Of a stretch of 64,000 nucleotides of DNA, positions 8,592 to 18,000 are shown one piece after another. Numbering within the stretch: the stretch's first letter is position 1; each line of letters begins with the position of its first letter. Source of the stretch: an uncultured Verrucomicrobiae bacterium (lineage in GTDB: Bacteria; Verrucomicrobiota; Verrucomicrobiia; Limisphaerales; Palsa-1400); assembly GCA_963702845.1 (NCBI GenBank), contig OY969763.1, positions 5,632,001-5,696,000 of the forward strand. Reading direction: 5' to 3'. Made by a program: the position numbers and the translations under genes. The notes beneath the pieces were generated by a model. The model searched no databases, was not told the origin of the DNA, and saw only the letters and a program-made list of their open reading frames with translations.

Positions 8592-9641
8592 GTGCCGGTT
8601 TTAGTTGCATTATTTTTGTCTGCAATTGTGCTGTTTTTCGACGGACACGTCGCTTACAGCGCGTACAAACAGCATGAAGCTGCCTCCTACCAGACAGTGA
8701 CGGGTACCATCACGCATAGCATCGTTAGCGCCCGGCGCGGTTCCAAAGGCGGCACCACCTATTCAGCGGATATCGGTTACAGTTACCAGGTCGGTGAGCA
8801 AAAGTATTTCGGACAGAAAGTGCGCTTTGGCTTCAACATGGACGATCGTTCTCATGCTTATCAAATCGTGCACAGCCATCCGCCGGGCTCCGAGGCCACG
8901 GTTTATTACAATACCATGAATCCGGATGAAGCCATCCTTGAACCCGGATTCGACGGCAGCGACCTGATGATTGTACTGATTCTCACGCCCTTTAACGCGC
9001 TGATGATTTGGCTCTGCGGCAGGGCGATCGATTGGTTACGCGCCAGGAAGTTCCACCCCATTGCCGGGGGCGCAAAACTGATTTTCGATGACCTGACCAT
9101 CCGCGCGCGCCTGCCGCGATATGGACCCTTGGTGTGGGGCCTCGTCGCCACTGGCGGGCTTGGCTTGATTTCATTTTTTGTGCTAGAGGGTTTCATCGGC
9201 ATGCACCCGAGCTGGACGGTTGGGACCTCGGTAATTGCCGGAGTTTACGCGGCGGGTGTGATCGCTTATTTCTGGCAATGGCGCGTCGTGTCTTCAGGCG
9301 CGGACGATCTGGTCATCAACAAATATACCCGGACGTTGTCGCTGCCGACGACCTTCGGCCGCAAAAATCCGATTACCGTGGACATATCCGATATCCAATC
9401 CATCTGGGTGGAAACGATCGAGCACCGCGGCAGCAGAGGCGGTGCAACCTATAGTTACGCACCGACCTTGCGCCTGTTACGCAGCAACCATTCGGACCAA
9501 AAACTCGCCGACTGGCGCGATAGCTTGAGAGCCGACAACTTCGCCCAATGGCTCGGCAAAGAAATCGGCGTGGCCGTCGAACTGAGCGATCGGTCAAGCC
9601 CGACCATTGCTCCTAAATCGGGAACTGATATTGCGAAATAA
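8592..9641 (+). CDS. DUF3592 domain membrane protein
   Basis: GTITHS...YSADIGYSYQVGEQKY...YYNTMNPDEAILE motif flanked by TM helices. Confidence 0.85.
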   Translation: MPVLVALFLSAIVLFFDGHVAYSAYKQHEAASYQTVTGTITHSIVSARRGSKGGTTYSADIGYSYQVGEQKYFGQKVRFGFNMDDRSHAYQIVHSHPPGSEATVYYNTMNPDEAILEPGFDGSDLMIVLILTPFNALMIWLCGRAIDWLRARKFHPIAGGAKLIFDDLTIRARLPRYGPLVWGLVATGGLGLISFFVLEGFIGMHPSWTVGTSVIAGVYAAGVIAYFWQWRVVSSGADDLVINKYTRTLSLPTTFGRKNPITVDISDIQSIWVETIEHRGSRGGATYSYAPTLRLLRSNHSDQKLADWRDSLRADNFAQWLGKEIGVAVELSDRSSPTIAPKSGTDIAK

Positions 9642-10389
9642 ACAGAACGCGCCGCCTCACAGCGTTTGTGATTCGAATCGAAATCCTATATTCAGTTGAC
9701 ATGGCTTCCCAGATGGAAATACGGACATTTCGTGAGTTTGTGCCTGATCCGGAACTTCGTTACTGGGCGCGCTACTCTTTCGCACATGGAAAAGGGTCGG
9801 TTCTTAGTATTGACAAGTAAAAGCCCCTTTCTCGATCGAGTGATTCTTGACGTCCGCAACAAAACAATTAAACTACTTCACATCAATCTAAGTAGATTGT
9901 GAATAGACGGAAATGGAAATCGACACGATTAAGAATGCAACCCGCAACAAAAACGCGAACGAAGATCAACTTCGTCCTGTCCGCCAACCTGAAGGTGGAC
10001 ACGGCGAAGATCGCGCTTTCGTGCCCTCCTGTCCTGCGTAGCCTTGGCGAAGCAGGATCGTGCGTTGATGCGGTCGCGGACGTTGGCGTTGCTGTTGTGC
10101 CTGAGGCTCGTGGGGGCCGGAACTTCCGCCAGGAAAATATCACTAAATATCACCACCTATCACTAAATATCACCCAAACTAAAAAAATTCAGCGCGTTCG
10201 GTTTGGCCGAATGCAAACGAGCTCACATCTTCCGTATCGTTAATCCGCCCAAGCCACCGTTGCAGAACCGCAACAAAAGTAGAAACATTTCCTTCTACAA
10301 AGTTTCTCCACTTGGCAACTAATTGCCAGAAGTTGAAGGAAGTTGCCGGAAGTAGAAACATTCCCGCGATATTTTTGCAGAGTGTGGAC

Positions 10390-12006
10390 TCAGAATCTAC
10401 TGACCGCGACGGTTCGAAATTGAGTGGTAATGTTTCGGCGGGCCTTGATGCTCGTGACCAAGCTCACCACTGCTCCCATTGCCAACCAACTACCGATGAC
10501 CAGCGCCGGACCTTCATTCCCCATTCGTGGTTCGCAGATGATGAGAAAGAAAGTCAGCAGCCAGCCGGGCGCCAGAATTTGCAGGATGGTTATGATGACG
10601 GCGTAATGGTGCTTGCGCGATTTGATCGCGCGCCACATCGCCAGCCAGGCCAGCCCGGGAAAATCGAACGCCAGCGCGAACATCCCGCCGAAGAAAATCA
10701 TCCCGAACGCCATGAGCGTCTCGTTGCCGGTCGTGTGCAATTGTTTCGAGAAATTGATAACGCAAAACATCATGGCTGCGTTCATGGCACACAGCACAAC
10801 GAGCACTCCGCGAAATTGCCGTTTCAACGCCGCGAATTGGCCTATGAGGATTTCTTTGATCTGGATCGGTGTGACGAGGAGAAGTTCGAGCGCGCCGCTT
10901 TGGCGGTCTTCGGCGAAACGGCGGCTGGCTTCGAGTGCGATGAAGATTTTCGTCGCGAGATGAGCGGCATAGGCGGTGAAAAAAGCGGCACAAAACAAAG
11001 CTTCGTTGCCGGACTTTCGCGTGACGGACAGGAACAGAAAGCCAAGCCAGATCGGCACGAGAATTATCAATGTGGTGCGCACCTGCCGGCGCGTCCGGGA
11101 GTCGTGCATGCACAAGTTGAAGATTGGGTTGGCGTTGTCGAAGCGCGGCCTTGAGCCCGCTGCTCTGCGAAATAGGGATTTGAAACGGGACAGCAAATTC
11201 GGCGTGTTTGCTTCGTTGTGCCATACGCGCGGAAGCAAGAACGTCGCGACGGCGAGGCAAGCCAGGGAAATACCGAGCAAGGTCCACAGAGACGACCAAT
11301 AAGCAGGCAAACCGTAGCGAGTAGTGTAGCCCGATGAGAAGGCTTTGATGTAGGTGTAAACGGGACAGGGCCAGAGCAGAAAATTGAAGGCGTTATCGGA
11401 CGGGATTCCGGTTGTTCCTTTTTGGGTAGCGAGCGCGATCAACCACCAAAGCGCCGGCATCAATACGGAGAAAATAAACATCGCGGCAACGGCCGCGGTG
11501 AGGGCGTCCTTGGCCTCGCGGCTGAGAACGGATGCGAGCAGGCCAATGCTCAATGAGAAAAATGCGGCGAAGGCGAAGGCGAGTAAGAGTCGCGCAAATT
11601 CGGAGCCGGTAACGCCGCCGACCAGAATCGGTAAAGCAAGCACTGGAAAAACGGCGAGTAGTCCGAAGAGAGCGTTGAGGGATGAGCCGGCGAGTTTACC
11701 GAACAGCACATCGTAAGGTTTTAAATCGGTGAGGAAGAGCAGGCCGATGGTGCCGTCGCGTTTTTCGGAGGAGATGCAATCGGCGGTTAAAAACAAACCG
11801 GAGATGATGGTGAAGGCCAGGGCCAGCATACCACAGGCATTGAGCAGACGTTGGCCGATGACGTGTTGAGAGACGTTGCCGCTTACTATGAGAACGAGGG
11901 TGAACATCGCGACCATCACCGCCGCCGCACCGGCGCGTGTGCGGTAGGTGGACGGTTGGCGCGCTTTAACGATCAGCTCTCTGGCGACGACAGGGAGAAA
12001 GGTCAT
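10390..12006 (-). CDS. ABC-2 type transporter permease (tandem-domain PVC type)
   Basis: VVARELIV..R, ISSEKRDGTIGLLFLTDL...VLFGKL, and a second FAEDRQSGALELLLVTPI repeat. Multiple TM helices. Confidence 0.88.
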   Translation of the reverse strand: MTFLPVVARELIVKARQPSTYRTRAGAAAVMVAMFTLVLIVSGNVSQHVIGQRLLNACGMLALAFTIISGLFLTADCISSEKRDGTIGLLFLTDLKPYDVLFGKLAGSSLNALFGLLAVFPVLALPILVGGVTGSEFARLLLAFAFAAFFSLSIGLLASVLSREAKDALTAAVAAMFIFSVLMPALWWLIALATQKGTTGIPSDNAFNFLLWPCPVYTYIKAFSSGYTTRYGLPAYWSSLWTLLGISLACLAVATFLLPRVWHNEANTPNLLSRFKSLFRRAAGSRPRFDNANPIFNLCMHDSRTRRQVRTTLIILVPIWLGFLFLSVTRKSGNEALFCAAFFTAYAAHLATKIFIALEASRRFAEDRQSGALELLLVTPIQIKEILIGQFAALKRQFRGVLVVLCAMNAAMMFCVINFSKQLHTTGNETLMAFGMIFFGGMFALAFDFPGLAWLAMWRAIKSRKHHYAVIITILQILAPGWLLTFFLIICEPRMGNEGPALVIGSWLAMGAVVSLVTSIKARRNITTQFRTVAVSRF

Positions 12007-12071
12007 TTGCTGTCGCTTAATGTCTCAACTGTAAAATGAATGGGAAGGGTGAAGTTTGCGGGGAACTTCTG

Positions 12072-12167
12072 CGGAGTGCGGACTGTCCGCACTCCGATGG
12101 AGAAAGGCGGACGACGCAGCGCGTCGTCCCTACCGCGAAGCGGCGCTCGCGGAGCGATCGCCCTACC
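12072..12167 (-). repeat. cluster of three palindromic REP-like units between metG and the ABC permease
   Basis: CGGAGTGCGGAC-T-GTCCGCACTCCG (12072-12096), a family B copy (12107-12134) and a family A copy (12141-12167). Confidence 0.7.
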
Positions 12168-12170
12168 TAC

Positions 12171-13727
12171 CTACGCCGGCTTCTGGTCTTTGCGCGGGAA
12201 TAGCGGGACCGCGTCGTTGACAACGTGGCCGACCGGCAAGGTCTTCGCCAAGTCGGAGAACAGGTGCGTTGGTTGTGCGATGCCGAGTTGTTGTTGAATT
12301 TTTTCCGACGCGCCGGGCAGGACGGGCCAGAGCAGAATCGCGATGACGCGGGCGGCGTCGGCCAAGGTGTACATGACGTTGTCGAGCGCTGCGGCTTTGG
12401 CGGGGTCTTTGGCCATTTTGAATGGCTCTGTCTGTTGAATGTATTGGTTGGCGCGCGTGACCAATGCGTTGATGTGGACCAGGGCGTCTTGCAGGGCGTG
12501 CTTGCGATAGCACTCGATGACGTCGGTTTGGGCTTTGGTGATTTCGGTGGCCAACTCGTTCTTGCCCGCGGGCAAGGCGCCATTGCGATATTTTTTGATC
12601 ATCGTCAGCGAACGGTTGAGCAGGTTGCCGATGCCGTTGGCCAACTCAGCCTGGTAACGCGCCTGGAAACTGGCGTCGGTCCAATTGCCGTCGGGTCCGA
12701 TGTCGAGTTCGCGCACGACGTAATAGCGGAAGGCGTCGAGGCCCCATTCGTCGATGATGGCGATCGGGTCGACGACGTTGCCAGTGGTCTTGCTCATTCT
12801 CGCGCCGTTCTTTTGCCACCAACCGTGCGCGAGGATCTGTTTGGGTAAGGGCAGGCCCAAAGCTTTGAGCATGATGGGCCAATAGACGGCGTGGAATTTA
12901 ACGATGTCTTTGCCGATCAAATGAATATCTGCCGGCCAGAGTTCGGTTTTCGGTGCGGAAGGCGGCGCGGCTTTTAGGACGCTGAGATTGGGATCGCCGA
13001 GTCCGCCGGGGACGGTGATGTAGTTTACAAGGGCGTCGAACCAGACGTAGGTGACGTAGTTAGTGTCGAACGGGACTTGGATACCCCAGGTCAGGCGCTC
13101 TTTTGGGCGGGTGACGCAAAGGTCTTCGAGTTTCTCTTTTTTGAGGAAGCCGAGGACTTCGTTGCGGCGGTAGCTGGGTTGGACGAAGTCGGGGTTGGTC
13201 TCGATGTAGTTGATGAGCCAGTCCTGGTGCGGCGCGAGTTTGAAGTAGTAGTTTTGTTCTTCGAGCTCGATGACTTTGCCGTAGAAGGGATCGAAGGTGC
13301 CGTCCGGCAAGCGGTCTTTCTCAGTGAGAAAGGTTTCCTGGCTCGGCGAATACCAGCCTTTGTAGATCTCTTTGTAGAATTGGCCGTTGTCGAAAAGGTA
13401 TTGGAGGATGGCCTGAACGACAGCTTGATGGCGTTGTTGGGTGGTGCGGATGAAGTCGTCGTTGGAGAGGCCGAGTTTGGTGGCGAGTGCTTCCCAGCTT
13501 TTGGAGAGTTCGTCGCAGTAGGCTTGTGCGGTTTTGCCTTCTTTTTCGGCGGCTTGCTGGACTTTTTGGCCGTGTTCGTCGAGGCCGGTGAGGAAGTAAA
13601 CTTCTTCGCCGAGGGAGCGATGGGCGCGGGCAATCACGTCGGCGATGACTTTTTCATAGGCGTGGCCGAGGTGCGGCTGGCCGTTGACGTAGTCGATCGC
13701 GGTCGTGATGTAGAAGCGTTTGCTCAT
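12171..13727 (-). CDS. metG: methionine--tRNA ligase (short form, no C-terminal tRNA-binding domain)
   Basis: YITTAIDYVNGQPHLGHAY (HIGH motif), GLDEHGQK, YVWFDALVNY, IGKDI..FH, RMSKT (KMSKS motif). Confidence 0.97.
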   Translation of the reverse strand: MSKRFYITTAIDYVNGQPHLGHAYEKVIADVIARAHRSLGEEVYFLTGLDEHGQKVQQAAEKEGKTAQAYCDELSKSWEALATKLGLSNDDFIRTTQQRHQAVVQAILQYLFDNGQFYKEIYKGWYSPSQETFLTEKDRLPDGTFDPFYGKVIELEEQNYYFKLAPHQDWLINYIETNPDFVQPSYRRNEVLGFLKKEKLEDLCVTRPKERLTWGIQVPFDTNYVTYVWFDALVNYITVPGGLGDPNLSVLKAAPPSAPKTELWPADIHLIGKDIVKFHAVYWPIMLKALGLPLPKQILAHGWWQKNGARMSKTTGNVVDPIAIIDEWGLDAFRYYVVRELDIGPDGNWTDASFQARYQAELANGIGNLLNRSLTMIKKYRNGALPAGKNELATEITKAQTDVIECYRKHALQDALVHINALVTRANQYIQQTEPFKMAKDPAKAAALDNVMYTLADAARVIAILLWPVLPGASEKIQQQLGIAQPTHLFSDLAKTLPVGHVVNDAVPLFPRKDQKPA

Positions 13728-13920
13728 TTGCTGTTGATACTGTGGCGAACGGTGTTGCAGTTGGCAAGGGGGGAGGAGGTCGAAGGGCGAGGGTCGAAAG
13801 TCGAGAGGCTAGCAATCAAACAAAGGCTTGCAGTTTGGGGCGTGATTTGGAGAATACGCGCCGCAACAACCAAAGCGGTGAGCCTGTGTCCGGCCTGCCA
13901 CTGACAATGCAAATGTTTAA

Positions 13921-14691
13921 ATGAAAAACCTGTTATCCCTTCGATCACAATTCGTCCTTATCACAGCCGCTACACTGGCCATCCAAGTTTCAACTCGCGC
14001 TCAAGATCCGACACCGGCTTCGAAAGGGCCGACGTGGCAAAGCAGCGCTGCCGCCGGCTTGACGCTCACGAGCGGTAACAGCGATACGGTGCTGGCGACG
14101 CTCGCCGCAACGACGGGCAAGAAATGGACAAATAATGAAGTAGCGTTCGGCGCGGACGGCGCTTACGGGAACTCTAAGGTAAATGGTGTCGAGTCGAAAA
14201 ACGCGGCGAACATTCACGGGTTCGGCCAATACAATCGGTTGTTTAACGAGCGCCTCTACGCGTATGCGCGCGTGGAAGGGCTGCACGATGATATTGCAAA
14301 AATCCGCTATCGCCTGACGCTCAGCCCCGGTGCTGGTTATTATTTCATCAAAAACAAAACCACGGATCTGTGCGGCGAAGTCGGTCCAGGCTTCGTGGCA
14401 CAACGTCTGGGGGTGGAAACGAAGGATTATTTTACGCTGCGTCTCGGCGAAAAATTTAATCACAAGTTGAGCGACCGCGCGCGCATTTGGCAAACGGCTG
14501 AGTTCCTCCCGCAGGTCGATAACTTGAGCAATTACATCATCAATTTCGAGATCGGTATTGAAGCGGATATCACAAAGGATAAGAAGTTGTCGCTGCGCAG
14601 TTATTTGCAAGATACCTACAACAGCATTCCGGCAGAGGGCCGTAAGAAGAATGACATGAAGCTGGTGACGGGAATCGCCTATAAGTTCTAA
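13921..14691 (+). CDS. DUF481/YdiY family outer-membrane beta-barrel protein
   Basis: Signal peptide, GLTLTSGNSDT, amphipathic strands, and a C-terminal GIAYKF barrel signature. Confidence 0.88.
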   Translation: MKNLLSLRSQFVLITAATLAIQVSTRAQDPTPASKGPTWQSSAAAGLTLTSGNSDTVLATLAATTGKKWTNNEVAFGADGAYGNSKVNGVESKNAANIHGFGQYNRLFNERLYAYARVEGLHDDIAKIRYRLTLSPGAGYYFIKNKTTDLCGEVGPGFVAQRLGVETKDYFTLRLGEKFNHKLSDRARIWQTAEFLPQVDNLSNYIINFEIGIEADITKDKKLSLRSYLQDTYNSIPAEGRKKNDMKLVTGIAYKF

Positions 14692-14710
14692 ACATTATCA
14701 AGCACTCCTC

Positions 14711-14746
14711 AACCCTCTCTGCTTCGGCAGGGAGGGTTTTTTATTT
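14711..14746 (+). terminator. Rho-independent terminator after the DUF481 gene
   Basis: AACCCTCTCTGC-TTCG-GCAGGGAGGGTT followed by a T-run. Confidence 0.85.
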
Positions 14747-14824
14747 GTGGATGGCACGCGCGGAGCCGGAACGTCCGGTTCGCCAACGCGCCCTACCTGC
14801 CGCGGCTGAGCTGCCGATGAATGA

Positions 14825-14902
14825 TGGCAAGTTAATTGCTAGATTTTGATTATCAGGTGGATGCGACAGGTCATAAATAATTCTCATGGCATGAATATGG
14901 CT
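14825..14902 (+). promoter_or_regulatory. two candidate sigma54 (-24/-12) promoters upstream of the 4042-aa gene
   Basis: TGGCAAGTTAATTGCT (14825-14840) and TGGCATGAATATGGCT (14887-14902). Both have GG-N10-GC spacing and lie in an AT-rich leader. Confidence 0.5.
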
Positions 14903-15067
14903 GACTTTAGTCGTTATTTATTTTGCGAACTAACTCGGAGGCTTTTTGCCTCACGCTGCATATTTGACGCATGTTACTGTCAATTAGACAGTTAGGTGCG
15001 ATATGTGGAAGTTTTGTCTTTATAGGTATTTGCAGCCGTGATACAGTCGGCGGCTTTTTAAAATTTT

Positions 15068-18000
15068 ATGGAAAACCAGATGATGGTTATCGGGGAAACT
15101 AATGTGGACATTAACAGGAATGTTACTGTCCAGAAAACGGGCTGCTTAACCTTCGCCGAGCGCGTGCGTGGCAAATTTGCGACGCTGCTGCTCGTGGTGG
15201 TGGCCGTTTTTTCGTCTGCTCAGGTCGTGCATGCCGCCGTGACGTATTCGTTGGACGGGCAGGTCAATGGCAGTTCGACGTGGGGTAACAAACTCAGTGG
15301 CTACAAGGAATTGGACTGTATGCCGTGTCGTGTGGACATGATCGGCGGGCCAGGGACGAATCTTGTGATTACGATTAATTTTCCTCGAGACAATGGGACG
15401 ACGCCGTGCATTCAGGATCTTTATAGCTGGTCGTATTCGTCGAATGTCGTTGTGGTTTCGCCGCCTGCTTTGACGGTCTCAACCGGTAGCATATGGACAT
15501 ATTCATTAACGGTTACGGTAACGAACGGCGCGGAGGCGGACGTGTATTTCTGTGCGAGGTTGGCGGCTGGAGCCCATGGCATTCCGGGCACGTCGGAGAA
15601 AATAACCGGGACGGGCGGGTCGGTGCAGATTGTCAAACCAGGGGCGGGCTCCGGCACGCCGGATTTGTCTATCGTAAAAACCGGACCCTCATTGATTAAC
15701 GCAGGATCATTTGTCACCTATACGCTTACTTGGTCGAACACGACCGCCAGCACTGCCGGTGGTGTTCAAATCACGGACTTTTTGCCAACCAATGCAGTAT
15801 TCGTTAGCTGCAGCGGAGGTTGCACCGGCAACACGAATAACAGCACAATCGTCTGGGACCTAGGGTTGCTCGCAAAGGGAGCGAGCGGCATCGTTTCTTA
15901 TACGATGTTTGTTTCTACCAACACCCTGAACGGAAGTTCCGTGGTGAATACCGCGACAATTCTTACGGCCGACAACGATTCAAATAGCGCGAACAATACT
16001 TCTACGGTCACGAGCACGGTCACGAGCGGCTGCGTGGCCGCGTCTATCGGCGCCCAACCTGTTTCGATTGTTGTATGTCCCGGGACGGCGGCGACCGTCA
16101 GCGTTGGCGCAAACGGGACGACGCCATACGCGTATCAGTGGCAAAAGAACGGAACGAATATTTCGGGAGCAACCGCGAGCGCGTATACGATTGCGTCAGC
16201 GTCGGCTGCGGATGTTGCCTCCTACTCGGTGGTTGTGACGAATGGTTGCGGTTCGGTGACGTCGTCCGCTGCTACGGTGACGCTCTACACGGCCACGACT
16301 GCTTCGGCTTTGACCAACCAGATTGCTTGCCCGAGCAATAGCGTCGCATTCGCCACGACCGCATCGGGTACCGGGCCGTTTACGTATCAGTGGCAGAAAA
16401 ATGGTTCGAACCTCACGACTCAGACCAACAGCAGTATAGCTTTGACGAACGTGTCGGCAGCTGATTCGGCCACGTATAGCGTGCTCGTGACTGGCAATTG
16501 TAATTCAGTGACCAACAGCGCAACGTTGACCGTCAATACACTGGCGAGCTCGGCTGGCTTGACCAGCATTACGAATAATTGTTCGGGGACGACCGCAGCG
16601 TTCACGGAAGTCGTCTCAGGAACGGGACCGTTTACGTATGTGTGGAAGAAGAACGGCGCAGTAGTGAGTGGACAGACGAGCAGTTCGTTTGTGATTCCGG
16701 CGACGGCCACGACGGACTCGGGAACCTACGCCGTTGAGGTGACCGGGTCGTGCAATAGTATTACCAACAGCGCAACGCTCGTGGTCAGCACGGGAACGTT
16801 TGGGACGGCGCTGACCAATTTGGTGCTTTGCCCAGGTAACTCGGCAAGCTTTAGCACGGTTGCATCGGGCGCGGCTCCGTTTTCTTATCAATGGCGAAAG
16901 AACGGCGCCAATATTTCGGGGCAAACCACCAGCGCATATAATATCGGTTCTGTTTCGATCACGGACGCGGGAACGTATTCGGTCGAGATTACCGGCAACT
17001 GCAATAAGATCACAAATAGCGCGACGCTGGCGGTCAACACACTTTTGAGTGGTGGGTCGTTCGGCGGCCAAACGGTGTGTGTCGGCCAGAGCGCGACGTT
17101 CACGACCGTGCCGGCAGGTAGTGCTCCTTTCACTTACGTATGGAAAAAGGACGGGGTCGTCCAGGGCATTACGTCTAATTTGCTTACGGTTGTTTCAGCT
17201 ACGACTGGCGATGCCGGAACGTATACTGTTGAAATCAACGGGCCTTGTAATTCGATTACAAACAGCGGAACTCTCACGGTGAACTCGGCGACGACCGCGT
17301 CGGCGTTGATCAGTCTGACGAATTGTCCCGGACAAAGTGCGACATTCAGCACGGTGGCTTCTGGAACTAGTCCGTTCACGTATGTTTGGAAAAAGGACGG
17401 CGTCGTTCAGAGCAGCACGAGCAGTTCGCTGACTGTGGCGTCTGTTTCGGGTGGTGACGCGGGAACTTACACCGTCGTGGTGATGGGCGCGTGCAATTCA
17501 GTAACGAATAGCGCGATGCTGGCGGTGAACACCGCGACGGCGGCGACTGCTTTGAATGATTTAACGAACTGCGTCGGGCAGAGCGTCGCCTTTACGACAG
17601 CCGCTTCCGGCACTGGACCTTTTACATACGTGTGGAAAAAAGACGGCATTGTGCAGGGCAGCACATCGAACACGTTGAGCGTTGCGTCTATTGCAACGGG
17701 GGATGCCGGATCTTACACGGTAGAGATTACCGGCACGTGCAACAGCGTGACGAACAGCGCGACGTTAATGGTGAACACGCTCACCACCGCAACGGCATTG
17801 ACACCAATTATCACCTGCGAAGGTCAGAGCGCGACTTTCAGCACGACTGGTGCCGGCGCTGGGCCATTGACATACGTGTGGAAGAAAAACGGCGTGAACC
17901 TCGGCAACAGCTCCAGCTCGTTGACGATTGCGTCGACGGCGATCGCGGATTCTGGAACTTACACCGTTGAAGTCACGGGCGTGTGCAATAGTGTGACGAA

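Noticed and set aside
9696..10243. Small ORFs (68-114 aa) in the convergent gap
   Set aside because: No recognisable motifs and they overlap repeats, so they were not called as genes.
14752..14766. Third GG-N10-GC sigma54-like match
   Set aside because: It lacks the TT before GC and lies inside a REP element.
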